In this document: positions 1-12,829 of the stretch, piece after piece
Numbering within the stretch: position 1 is the stretch's first letter
How the letters are laid out: each line of letters opens with the position of its first letter
NCBI GenBank assembly: GCA_964247055.1
Contig: OZ176054.1
Location: forward strand, 11,532,001 to 11,596,000
Reading direction: 5' to 3'
DNA: 64,000 nt
From: Paragordius varius
Lineage: Eukaryota; Animalia; Nematomorpha
Notes under the pieces: model-generated
Told to the model about the DNA's origin: nothing
The model's database searches: none
Seen by the model: the letters and a program-made list of their open reading frames with translations, nothing else
Made by a program: the position numbers and the translations under genes

Positions 1-676
1 ATTAAGCGCATACATTTAGGGTTAGATTTGACAGGTTGCATCTAAAAATATTTGAAAAAATTTGTATTACCTAATATAAAAATGGTTTCAAAAATATCAA
101 AACATAAAAATAATCGGGAAATTGAGTAAACGCTATTTAAGCCAATATTAGTGGTTAATTTTTTTTATATAATTTTAACATATATTTGTGTTTTTATTTG
201 TCTAACCCATATCCGATAAGGGAATTCACGTTTTTTTACCGATAAAAAACCAAAATACATTAAGTTATATGCTTCTTGATTTAATATTTGCACAAAATTT
301 TGGATGCTATATGTAATTTTTTTAATTAACTTTGAACAAGGACTGGGAGTCGGCCTGCTTTGTGTAATTTTTATTAGTTTTCGGAATAATACAGTTTTTA
401 TCGGAATCGCGGTTATTTTAATAATATCCTTTTTATATATTTAGTACAATAATAACCTTATTTTAGTTTTCTACTTTATTTGAGTCATAAGTTATTTAGA
501 TTTTTATAATTAGCCAAAATTAACCATCATTTCAAAAAAATCAAGGGGATCGAAACCAAATTTTGTCTATATAATCTTTGCAACTTTAACAAGACAAAAA
601 ATCCATTTTGGAATTCTTTTTTACACAAAAAAATATCTTACTATTATAAAATTTTAATCATTTTTTTCATTTTTAG

Positions 677-3277
677 TTAATTCCATCAGTTGGGCCCCTT
701 ACACTGCCGGTTTAAAATTGGCTTGTGCCAGTTCTGATGGCTCTATATCAATCATAAGTTGTCAACCAAACAAAATCACTGTTGATGATGGCGATAATGA
801 GAATATTAATCCCACAAAAGATAGCAAGTGGACTCAACAAATCATTGAAAATGCTCATGAAGTATAAATGAATTAAAGAAATTAAAATCTAAAATATGTT
901 TTAATCAAATACTTGATTTTTAGCGTAGTTATATTTTTTTAAAAAACGGTTATACGCTTAAAATGTTAATTTTTTGATAAAATTACGAAGTAGAAAACAA
1001 TGTTTAAAGTAATCTCGCCCTCTTTTCGTTGCTTACAATTGTATTATATGATTATGGAAATATGTTAACCTATAAATATATCACGATTAAAAAATTTGAT
1101 TGTATTAATAAAAATACACATTTTTATTATTAATTAACCTTTTTCAATAAATATAACTTAAAATTTTTTTTTTGGAGCTTTCCTATGATTATTCACTGTC
1201 CAAATTAATTATACAATTTAAACATTAATATTTTATGTTAAGTTAGGCGTAAATGCTGTGTGTTGGTCACCCTTAATATTTTCCGATAAATTATTTAAAC
1301 CGACGTTGGGGAATTCAGACGCCACCCAAACTGATGTTGAAATACCAACCCTTCTTTTAGTTAGTGGAGGATGTGATAATTACGTTAAAATTTGGAGGTA
1401 TTATAAAAAAATAATTTTCAGGAATTTTAGATATTGCTATATAATATCTCTATAAATCTTTAAATTATGAAAAGGATGAAAATATTTTGTTTCCCATATA
1501 TGTAGGATATATACATATAAAATGTATAATTAAGGACAATAATTGTATTAACCAATTTCTTTATATTTAATAGTGCTTAAGTATTTTTATATATAACTAT
1601 AATATTAAAATTTAGGAATTCCATACGTGATTGAGAATACTAGAATTAATTTCGCAAACGTAGTGGATTGATTGATAAAAAAGGAAAGAAGGTTCGATAA
1701 AATTATTTCAAAAAAGGGGGATTAGAATTGTTGAATTATTATAAAAGAAGGTGCCATATATAAGACAGGTCTAATTAATCGTCTTTATTTAATGACGCCT
1801 TATGTTTTTGAATTTCAATGGCTTCTCTTATCATTCTTTTGTGCTGATTTTCAATATTAGTTATGACTTCAATTTTATGTATTGCAAGATTATTTGTGCA
1901 AATATGTTCGGACAGGCCCGAGGTGAATTTGCCTTTCCTGATATACTGCTCATGTTCTTTTACTCTGGTGGCTATGGCTCTTTCAGATTCTCCAATTTAC
2001 ATTACTTGACATGAAATTTTATAGATTCCTGGTAGTTGTTCTTTTGGTATGGCATCTTTGTATTTGAGAAAGTTTAAAAGTTTTTTCGGTGGTTTTTAAA
2101 CTATTATGATTTTAAACTGATTTAGTACTTTACCTATTTTTGTAGTAATATTTTTAATATGAGGAAGGGTCGCTCTTGCTAGTGACCTGAGTACTGATCG
2201 CATTTTTGTAAATATGATTAATCGTTTTTTGGTGTAACCAATTTAGTCTATAGAGCTGTTTATGTGCAACAGTTCAGTGGGAAGAGAAAGGTTGTCGCAT
2301 ATTGTGTACGCTCTGTGAATCAATGTATATATTATAGAGTTTTTTAAGCAGGATGTGATGTGACCCTGAATTTTAGTACAGGAGTATGAGTCGGTCCGAT
2401 ATCCAATTTAGTTATAAACACATCTAAATAATATGTATTCATCATACTTCACTGTGAATTTAATATTTTAATCAATATTGTTTATATGATCCAAAAAAAA
2501 GTGGCAAAATGTCTAATCCGTGTGACCAGATCATGGACACATCATTTACATAACGACGAAACCATTTAATGATAATAATTGGGAAGCTTTAAAAATGTGA
2601 TCTTCAAAGTCTTTCATATAGAGATCTGCTAAAAAAGATGATTAGCTGGAGCCCATATGTGTTCCTGAGTTTTGTAAATAATATCATTTGTTAAAAATGA
2701 AATAGCTATTAAAAAGATATAACTTGACTAATTTGGGAATATTCTGGTGCTAATCCATTTTGTGTGAGACTATTTATAATTTCTATTGTTTTATTACGTG
2801 GAAATTTGGTGAGCAGCGATTGTATATCAAGAGTTACCAAAATACTTGAATTATTTAATGTTATTATTTTTCATTTGGTAACAAATTGTTGGTCATTCTT
2901 AATGTGTGAAGAAGTATTGTGTACGAAAGGTTTAAGATGGTTAATTAGTTGTTTTGGTAAAGGTCTGACGGGGATATAGGTTGTTCACAATTGGTCGGAG
3001 CGGTACATTGTTTTTATGGATTTTGAAAAGTCTGTACAATCTAGGCGAATTTGACATTAGACGTTTTTTGATTTTGAGGCAAATTTGACTCTTTGACCGC
3101 TTTCTTGATTAGATTTGTTATTCTGGTTGTTGGGTTTTTCAATAATTTTTATCGAACTTTCTTTCCTTTTTTATCTATTAATCCACAGCTATCATAGTTA
3201 TTTAATTAACACAAACAATTACCTCTATATATAATTTGTTTATGTCCCCCTCTTTATGCCATAAACATAACCTGCTA

Positions 3278-3316
<39 letters not shown>

Positions 3317-5276
3317 CGGTGTTGGCTATATTTTATATGATAATAGATCGCCTAAGCGGATCCGAAATAAATTATCTTTAATTTTTATATATTAATCGCA
3401 TTTTTAGCGAAAAATAAATTATTCATATTATTATTTAAATATACGATCTCTCCACTTTTTGAAAGCATCCTTATATTTTTTTCCTTTTAATATATAATAT
3501 AAAGACCAATAAATGATGAAACGCAAGAAGGAGGCAATAATATTGGTTGGGAAGAGGATTGTAAATTAGAGGGTCATTCAGATTGGGTCCGTGATGTGGC
3601 GTGGGCTCCCTCCCTGGGTATTCATGAACAAACTATTGCATCTTGTAGTCAAGTATAATATTTTGGCTTTGGTGTTACATGTTTACTATGATTGAAAAAT
3701 AGTTAAAATAGATAAAAATTTGGCGATCAAAATCAATTTAAAATGGTTAATATTTAATTTACATCTGTAAACATGGAATTAAATTGCGTTTTCGGACATT
3801 AAAGTATTTTGTTTAAACAATCTTCTTTCCATATAAAATAGTGAAAAATGGTTTAAAATTTTATCTTTTGAGGCGCATTATTTTTAAGTCGAATTTTTTT
3901 GGGATTAAAATGCGAATTACGATCCTATGTGTAAAATTAACTAGTGTTAATGCGAACTTTATTGTTCAAATACGATTTTTATGGTTTAATTATTAGCAAA
4001 ACTATTTATTATTGATAGGTGGTGAAATATTAAAATTTATTAAACCATTTTTCTCCCTTAAACTTTTTTGTTGCAAAATATAAAAGTATTATATATATGT
4101 ATATATATATATATATATATTCATTACAACGCAACCATAACAATGAACCTATTGTTTTAATGTTTAAATTTTGAAATATGGGCATCAATTGATATAGGTA
4201 AGGTATTATAAAATTACCATATTTATAAACTATCATCATTTTTTTTCTTTTTTGCCTTAAAGGACAAAAGCGTTATAATATGGAAGAATGAAGGCCGTAA
4301 ACCCGGTTGTCAACCTGGGGAATGGAAAAGTCACATTTTACACACCTTTGATAATACAGTTTGGCATGTAAGTTGGTCTGCAGTTGGTCATGTTCTAGCT
4401 GTAAGTTCCGGGGAGGATAAGGTATAAAAATTGGTATTTGTGGGAAAAATGTTAAAAATTTTAAAAGTTTTTAATTTTATATGTAATATTTTTTATAAAT
4501 GTTGCCTTATTTTTAAAGTTTCCTACGAATAACTTATATTTTAAAAAGCTTTTCTTAATTCTACAATAGGCCCCTTTTCTCATTATTGACCCTGAATGTC
4601 ACTTTTATCAACAGAATGCTTTTATTTTTAAAAATGAACACTTTTTTGTTTGAATTTGATTTTATTCGATATCATATAATAATGATTCATAAACCCTACA
4701 AATTGTAAATAATAGTTTGAAACATAATATGTGTCTGGATAGTTATAGGTCATATAATTTATGGTAAATATAATCACATATGACTAATACAATTAGTTTT
4801 ATACATACGATCTTATTTAAAACAAACAGAAAAAAAATAAACAAATTAGTAAAAAATTTTAAATACATCAATCGATCAAGATTTTACGAATATCTGTGTT
4901 GATATCATATTCATAATTATACCATTCTAAAATAATTATTAAACAAAACACGATGATATGTGAAGCTCTTTCTTCATTAGTAATCGTATACTAGTTTCGG
5001 TTTTGTTAGACTTCTTTAATACTATACATTATTTTTTGTTATTTTTGAAAGCACTTTAATATACTCATACATGCAACTGCTTCTATCCTAAAAACTATTT
5101 AATATATTTTATGGGCATTGTTAAAATCTCATTAAGTGGTGTATATTGTATATATTTGCGGAATAAAAATATATTTATAATTATACATTTAGGTTAGTCT
5201 TTGGCAACAAGATTTAAATGGGTATTGGCTTTGTATTACGGATTACGTGAGTGAAGATACTCCTGTCGAATCATGA
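677..5276 (+). CDS. SEC13: SEC13 WD40 protein (COPII/Nup107-160/GATOR2), 3' portion; earlier exons lie upstream of the window
   Basis: Exons 677-861, 1243-1397, 3505-3652, 4263-4421, 5193-5276 join in frame at GT-AG sites. They give VNSISWAPYTAGLKLACASSDGSI, AHELGVNAVCWSP, LVSGGCDNYVKIW, LEGHSDWVRDVAWAPSLG, IASCSQDKSVIIW, VWHVSWSAVGHVLAVSSGEDKVSLW and end at TGA 5274-5276. These are characteristic SEC13 motifs. Confidence 0.95.
1775..3200 (-). mobile_element. Degenerate Penelope-like retroelement (RT + GIY-YIG endonuclease) in a SEC13 intron
   Basis: Minus-strand translation gives PRLYRLFKIHKNNVPLRPIV, HIKNDQQF..LVTLDIQSLLT, G.HMGS..S.FLADLYM..FE and RRYVND (YVDD-like). It then gives GIYKF..IGESERAIATRVKEH..SGLSEH..KRMIREAIEI..LNKDD*. 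Frameshifts and stops are present. Confidence 0.88.
3283..3314. repeat. (AT)n microsatellite
   Basis: Direct reading of an uninterrupted AT run. Similar runs occur at about 11463-11490, 14908-14931 and 25913-25954. Confidence 0.9.
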
Positions 5277-5517
5277 TGAAATTTTAATATGAATTAAATG
5301 ATTGATTGATTTATCGACAATATGAATATGAAAAATAAATTTTATTTTATTTATTTAGTTATTTATGTTTGTTGCATCAAAATTCTATGAATTCTCTGTA
5401 AATGTAAAATTGGGATTATTTTGGCCCAATATTAAAGTTTTGTATAATTTTAGGAGGATCTCCGACGAACATAAGGCTTCATTTATAAATTGGAATTAAT
5501 AAGATATTACCGAGAAT

Positions 5518-5900
5518 ATGTTAAAAATAATAAATGTGTTTAATAAATTCTTTCGAACTATGTGTTTTTCAAGGAAACTTCTCCAAACAAAATGGTCAGA
5601 CAAAATTTCTAACTCCACCATTTTATATAAAATTAATCCCGAAATTTCACTACTTGGCAACCTAATACGCCAAAAACTCTCCTATTTTGGTCTTATTATA
5701 AGAACCAACTCACTCGAGAAGTCACTGATGCTGGGAAAAGTGAGGGGTGTCGTAAAAGAAGAACTTGTTGGAAGGATAATGTCCTCACAGAAACTAACCA
5801 AGCATTAGCCGGACTAAACGCTAAATCTGGTGAACGCAATAAATGGAGAAGATATATTTTCAATGTTGCAGTTAGTCGGAATCGACCTAAGCAATAGCAA
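5518..5900 (+). mobile_element. 3' fragment of an RTE-clade LINE ORF
   Basis: LLQTKWSDKISNSTIL..ISLLG..QKLSYFGLIIRTNSLEKSLMLGKVRG, then after a frameshift RKRRTCWKDNV..ERNKWRRYIFNVAVSRNRP*. This matches the C-terminus of RTE/BovB-type reverse transcriptases. Confidence 0.8.
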
Positions 5901-8544
5901 CAAAGCAAATAAATTTAGAATTGTTTTTGTGTTAAAACATAGCATTTAGCAAATCTCGTTGCAAAAGATGTAAAAAAGGGTTGAATGGGAAATTAAATAG
6001 CTAAATATTAAAGGAACCCCCTACACACTGATGGATGGAACGGTGAAACAATTTCACGAGTAAAAACATGAAATTTTTTTATCCATAAACCACACTATAT
6101 CGTACAAAGAATTCATTTTAATTTACTTTTGATTTGGTCTAAATTTACTATCAATTATTGTGGTAAACAATTTCACTTTTGAACAATTCCAAAACCCTAA
6201 AAAAATTGGATGTTTTGACTATCATTTACCTATATTATTTTATATATTTCAGGAATTAAACTTGATTTAACATTAATACATAAAAAGTAAAATAATAAAC
6301 TATGCCATCAATAAATTTTTCATATTACTGCTCAGTTATATTAGCAAAAACACATTTTTGGAGTGACTATCACTTGTTCAGGGGTCAATTTGATGTTAAA
6401 TAATATATTAGAATTTCATAATACGAGTAGCATGAAACAATTTACGCATAAATTTATTATTAATAAATATTATATTAACTTAATAATGTATTACAAAGAG
6501 TAATATTTATCCCATTTGGGGGTACCTTTTTTATGTTAAGTAAAAATTTATCCGTTAGAGTCAATAATTGGCTAGTCCGAAAAATAATTAGGAGGGTTAA
6601 AGCGCCACATAAAAAAATATTTGCAAAAAACTTTTTTAGGTATTTTTAACACTTTTAGTTAAGATGCGAAACGCTTAAGTATTGATCATATGTTTGTATT
6701 GTATTTGAAAAGTTTTTTATGGAAATTTTCACATGTCAATCAATAGGATTCGATTAAGAAAATATAAATTTATTGTATATTTTCAAAAAAATATTAATAG
6801 CTAGTCTAATATATAGTCCATGACCTTTTGAGATAGTTTTAGATCTTACACCGACTTGAAAAAATATCTTAAAAAGTATTTTAGGTATTTAGTTGAATAT
6901 GATATGCTTTCTTTAGCCTTTTAGGCGCATTATTAAAAAAAACATTTTGAGAAAATTTAATTTTAAAACTTTTTTGCCGTCATTTTATTATCTTTTTTTA
7001 AATCGCTAATGTAACAGGCAAATATATGCAAATAATTAACAAAAGCTTTCAAATTAAATTTTCTTAGCAATTGATATATATAGTATGTCATCGCAACAAA
7101 GAAAGTGAGAAAGGTCATTAAGTGTTAATGGCACCACACATGGACTTTTTACTAATTTATCAAAAATTAAAGTCTAAAATTAAACTATGGTTATAGATGG
7201 TTAAATATATAACCATATAATATATTTTTTATATTCAAACATAAAATTAACGGATAATTAATTTTAATGTCTTTAATTATTTGCAATCTAGTGAGTGGTA
7301 ACCTTCAAAAAATTTTGACTGGTCGAATAAAATACTTTAATCGCCTCAAAGGCCACACAATATAGTACCGATAAATCCTAATTAGTTGACACAACAGATA
7401 TATATATTAAAAATCGAGAGTTTTTGCGCGTCGCACATTGAATTGCAGCCAAAATGCTTGTGCCATTAAGTTTTGTTAGAAACATCTTTTAACAAACAAA
7501 TGAACAAATTTAAACATTAACTAACAATTCTCAAATATGGTTAAATATTATGAGAGACCAATCTAAATAGGTCATATCTATTTATATGTGCCGTATGGAT
7601 GAGCACATCATAAATTTTAAAATAGCTTTATCATTATATTAAAATTTCATCTTAGTTGCAATCATTATATTCGATAATTTATTCAAAAGATACTCATGAT
7701 AATCGAGGGCTAAGTTTCAAAAATAAAGCCGCAAAAAAATGAAATTTATTGGATCATTACAAAAATATCAAAACAGAATTTATTTTATAAATATAAAAAA
7801 ATAACACTTGTTGTGTCTAAACAATCTTTAATAGCTATTACCAGGTACATCTGTGCACCTCAAAATGGACGAGTTTTTTCGCAATTGTAAACTAATTTAA
7901 AAAATCTCAAACTATACAAATCATGGATTTTTTTCTTTATTTATTAAATTTTTCAGATCTTATAATTCAGAAAACAACAACAGTTTTATTTTAAAAAATT
8001 AATTTTAACAACTGTTTATATTAATGTTTCTTATATTTTTACAAACATATGGTAATATAAGTGTTTACATTTTAGTACCCAACATATATAAACAACTGAT
8101 AATTATTTTAGTTTTTTGCATTCATCTCTCTTATATGGCGCTTGACCCTAAATTTTTGAGGTTTTCTGAAAGCGTATCATCAACTCTATTCATTCTCTTT
8201 TGCATACTGTAATTGTGAGGATAATTGAAGTGTAAAAAGTAACAAAAGTAAAAATAGCAAAAAATAATTAATTAATTTTTCAACGGCTTTATATAATATT
8301 TTTGTGAATTTCCATGATATCAAATAAAACAAATAAAATTTTGAGTAACTAATGGATATGTTATTTACATAATACAAAAATATAAAAAATAGACTATGCA
8401 AATATCACTAAAATTTGTATCCACATACAAAAAATATAATTTTGCATATGTAACATTATTATTATAATCTGCATATGTAACACATACAAAACCCAATTTG
8501 GTACAATATATATGGTAATGATTTTTTAGAATTTGCTTGCATAT

Positions 8545-9630
8545 TTAAACGCATCGCACACATATTGCCCCTGCATTGTTTTGGTTACCATAGATTATTT
8601 TCACAATGTTGATATAGGCTTGTAGCCTGAGCTCCATATAAGTCATCATAAATATTTCAAACATTTTTGCATCCAAAATGTAGAAAGAGATAACCAAACG
8701 GTTCCTGATAATTGTTATAATAAAGATTAATAAAAAAGTCCCTGTGTATAAACTTAACACCAATAATATTTTGCGATTTATCCGTTTAGCTATGAGATAT
8801 TTTTTAAGTCGGACGGCCGTTTTAGTTACATTTGGTTTTTGGGGTAAATCAATGGATATCGCCGCTGATATTAAGACTGTGTTAAAGTTGTAAAATATTT
8901 TTTGTTCCATAATTTGTTTAAATAGGGCATTCTTACGCAAATTGCTCAATTGCCTATATCTCCGACCAAAGGTGTATAGAGATTGAAGCAAGATCACGAA
9001 TGTAATTAGGTAGACAATTGAATATAGATACCAATCTATTGTCACTTGTTTTGAAAAGAAACCGTTTTGACGACTGCTACTCATAATGCAGTTAGGGTAT
9101 TTGGACAAAGAAATATCTGTTCCATTCAGATTCCTCTGAACTGTATTTGAGGTGCCATGAGCTAGACAAATTATCCATATTAAATATATGATGGATGATA
9201 CAGTGTAAAATGCATTAGCCACACAAATAAACAGCTTTGAAGCCTTTTTCCTATGATTTTTTGTTATTACGCTTTGATTTAAGACGCTTGTGATGAAATA
9301 ATGTGTAAGGATAAAACTGAGTCTTGATAAATCGATTTTAATGGCTAAAAGTTTGCAAATGACATAAAAATTTCTTTCTTTGGGCGCAAAGAAGATCATA
9401 TTTAAAATGACATTGATGGAATCTAAGGCCATTCGGTAACATACTACTAGAGTGCATAAAACACATCGGGTTATATTTATAGGGAATTTTTTTCTTGTCC
9501 ATACCCAAACAGAGTAATAAAAATAAATCAACAAAATCAAAGTGAAGCAAATCCGTATGTAGTGAACGCTGGTTTGACAATAAGATTTTTTGACAAGGCT
9601 ATCAATAGAATAGTCGGCAATTATATTCAT
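8545..9630 (-). CDS. Intronless 361-aa seven-transmembrane protein, divergent GPCR/chemoreceptor-like
   Basis: Long single ORF in very AT-rich DNA with seven hydrophobic segments. It has a Cys at the start of TM3 (VICKLL), a Cys and an NGT sequon in the TM4-5 loop, and a long basic TM5-6 loop. No DRY or NPxxY motif. Confidence 0.72.
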   Translation of the reverse strand: MNIIADYSIDSLVKKSYCQTSVHYIRICFTLILLIYFYYSVWVWTRKKFPINITRCVLCTLVVCYRMALDSINVILNMIFFAPKERNFYVICKLLAIKIDLSRLSFILTHYFITSVLNQSVITKNHRKKASKLFICVANAFYTVSSIIYLIWIICLAHGTSNTVQRNLNGTDISLSKYPNCIMSSSRQNGFFSKQVTIDWYLYSIVYLITFVILLQSLYTFGRRYRQLSNLRKNALFKQIMEQKIFYNFNTVLISAAISIDLPQKPNVTKTAVRLKKYLIAKRINRKILLVLSLYTGTFLLIFIITIIRNRLVISFYILDAKMFEIFMMTYMELRLQAYINIVKIIYGNQNNAGAICVRCV

Positions 9631-12162
9631 TATGTAAATAGAAGATTATTTTATTTCTAGAAAAGCTTTTAATATAAGCTTTTTCCAATAATTATTTATG
9701 ATAGGGGGCATTAGTTTGTTAAAGCGATTACTGAAGCAGTGACATTAATACGATTAATCAGATAAACACATAATGCACTTATAAAAGCTACCTTTGTAAA
9801 AAAATTAATTTATAAATGATAGATATAATTTAAATGTCGTCACATATAATATTTTATTTAAAAAATCCTTGTTAAAATTATATATCGCAAATATTTCCTG
9901 TTGAACCCTAAAATAATAATAAATAGGTTTCCTATAGGTGTTATCCATTACTTTAATTAAGCGTTGATTGATGGAAATACTTACTTCACAATTTTTATAT
10001 CTGGCCTAATTTTTAATATATCATTTTTTTAGTTAGTTAGGGAATTGTTGAAAAGATTTAAATTGGAAAAAAACAGACAAAAACGTAAATTTATCCTTAT
10101 TAGAAGTAGGGCCCGCATCTTAATAAAATAGTTTACAAGTATAAACGAAGAATAATTTTTTTAAGTCACTGCAGATTCTTTAATGTTTAATTACGCTGAA
10201 TCGGGGGAAATAAAAATATCCTGATGAAATATATAGATTCTGATAAATTAAAGTTTTAAGGTCATAGTAATGCTTTTAGTTATAAGCCGCTATAAAGTTA
10301 CAACTTTTATGGCAAATGCTCCAGGTCAAAAAATGGTAAGATTAGTGAAGATTATGCTATTTTTTGGTGAAGACCAAATAAAGACTTTATTCCAAAAAAC
10401 ATCAATAAAATATATTATATATACAATATTTAAAGGCTAATTATTTCAAAAATATTTAAGTTTGAAATGTAGGTCCCGAATCTCAAATTTTCCGACCTAT
10501 GTGTAGTTTTCATTGTGCAAAAGCCTAAATTTGCGAAAAGGTCGCTTAATATGTGGTAGATTTGACATAAGTAACCTATTGATAAAATGCATACTTTGAT
10601 TAAAAAATTTAATTTCTAGCTAAAATTTAATCTACCGTATTTTATGGTATACATGGCAAAACATTGGAACATTTTATGGATATTATAGATTCAACTATTA
10701 TTGCTATAATTCAGCTAAAATTAAATGAATTTATTGGGGTGAATTTTCGATTACTACAGTAATCTTTGTCAAACGTAATAAAATTAAAATATAAACTAAA
10801 TATTAAAGTATAAATTAAAAATATTTAGAAAAGTGTTATTAATATGTTAAAGTATTTACAGTTTTTCCCTCCCATACTAAATTACGGTTCAACAAATAAA
10901 AATCAAGTCTTTTAAAAAGTAAACATTTTTACATATAATGACGTCATACTTTGCCACATACAAATTTCTCTCGCAGAATGGGCTTTCAGTTCATTTTATT
11001 AAAAAAAATACCACGTTTTGGACGGGCCAATTTAGAATGAGAGCTCATATCCAAAAATATAAATTTATAAAAATATTGTTTTCTTTTTAATTTATGATAG
11101 AAATAATAATAATATTTTTAAAATATTTAGTTTTCATAAACTGTCAAATTTTGCTATTTAAATATTCCCAAAGTGATACTAATTTTCTTTAACCACTCGT
11201 AAGCTCACAAAAAGCACCATGAGAATTCATATATTATTATACAATTGGAATATCATTATATATATTTGTACCCCACAATTTTTTGCAATGTGTAAATAAT
11301 AACAATTTTTTTATCAAGTTGTAAAGTAGCAAATTACTTTAGTTTATACTAATGTGACCAGATATTTTAAACTTTGACGCAGTAGAAAATTAAAACAGAC
11401 TTTGCTGTTTTTACATCGGTGTGGTATATTACACAGTTTCCACAAAAAGTATTCTGATGATGATATATATATATATATATATATATATATTCTGATAGGA
11501 ATTTAATTCTTACGAGTTATTAAAGAAAATTTTTTATGCCTTTGTGGTGTGTTCCGTATTGCAAAAGGTGCGCATTTTTTTCCAAATATATTTTTTGATG
11601 AAAACTAAATGCTTTATTAAAAAAATAATAATATAAACTGCATATGAAAAGCTAAACCAAATTTTAAATTTTTGTGGACTAAAGTCCCAAATTTTTTGGC
11701 TCTTTTAGAATGGATTGTTCTCCTGAATAAAACGCAAAACTTCCGACATTTTCCAAAATTTTAAATATATTCTATTTGATATCAACTAAATATATTTGTA
11801 AAAACTGCTACTTTCAAAAATTTAATTTTTAACAGAATTTTGTTGGAGCGTACTTCATACTATTTTAAACATGATGGAAACGATATTCGATAATATACGT
11901 TTTTCTCATCAGAATTTGATTAAAATATTCGTCCGTTTTCAAATTTATGTAAAATAAAAATGGTGTTTTTTACAAAAATTTACCAAAATTGAAAAACTTT
12001 TAAATTAAAAATTTCAACCTATAGTAATGTACAACATCATAGAAAAGGGTTTTTATATCTTAAATCGTTTCAATCATGCTTCAAAATAGTTCAAATTTGA
12101 TTATGCAAAAAATAAGAACACTAAAGTTTGGGAAAAAATAAAAAAATATCATACCTCCCAAC

Positions 12163-12687
12163 TAGGGTTGTGCTGACCAAGTCATGACCCGGTCAATTGA
12201 CCGGGTCATGACCAGGTCAGTGACTTATTTTTTGACCATGGTCATTTCAGCTGTTTTTTGAAAAATTGCTGGTAATTTTTTTTGGAAGAAAAACAGTAAG
12301 TTATTTTTTAATATATTATAAAAAAATATATAAATATTTAAATTTGCCTATTTAAAAATTTAAAATGTTAAACATGCATCCTTAAAACATTACCATTTAA
12401 GATCCAGTTATTTCGAAAAAGAAAACAATCCAACTTTTTATAAAATATTCAATTATTCCATATATGTGAACTAATAAAATGAAAAAACATTTTATAATTG
12501 GATTCAATGATTAAAGAAAGTGTAAAAGAAACAGGAAAATTTTATGTGAAATATCCAGTACTAAAAGCGAGGTATTTGAAAATCAGAAGTAATTTATAAT
12601 CCAATATCGCATGGTATTTACTTAGGCGTGACCATGGTCTGGGTCTGACCGGACTTTTTTGAAAAAGCAGTCAAATGCACAACCCTA
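12163..12687. mobile_element. hAT-like MITE (525 bp)
   Basis: Perfect 11-bp TIR TAGGGTTGTGC...GCACAACCCTA flanked by an 8-bp near-duplication CTCCCAAC / CTCCCACC. Many subterminal TGACC/GGTCA motifs. Confidence 0.85.
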
Positions 12688-12829
12688 CTCCCACCTAATG
12701 AATATAAAAAACGTAAAAACTCTAAAATACGGAAAAAAAAATTATTTCGAAATCATATGCCATTTTATATAATACTAGCGTAAATCTGCTGCTACCCCGC
12801 AAAGGAAGTCCTTCAGACTTCTTAACGAG

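Noticed and set aside
12190-12260. CRISPR-like or regulatory palindrome array
   Set aside because: Eukaryotic context, no spacers, and the motifs lie inside a TIR/TSD-bounded MITE.
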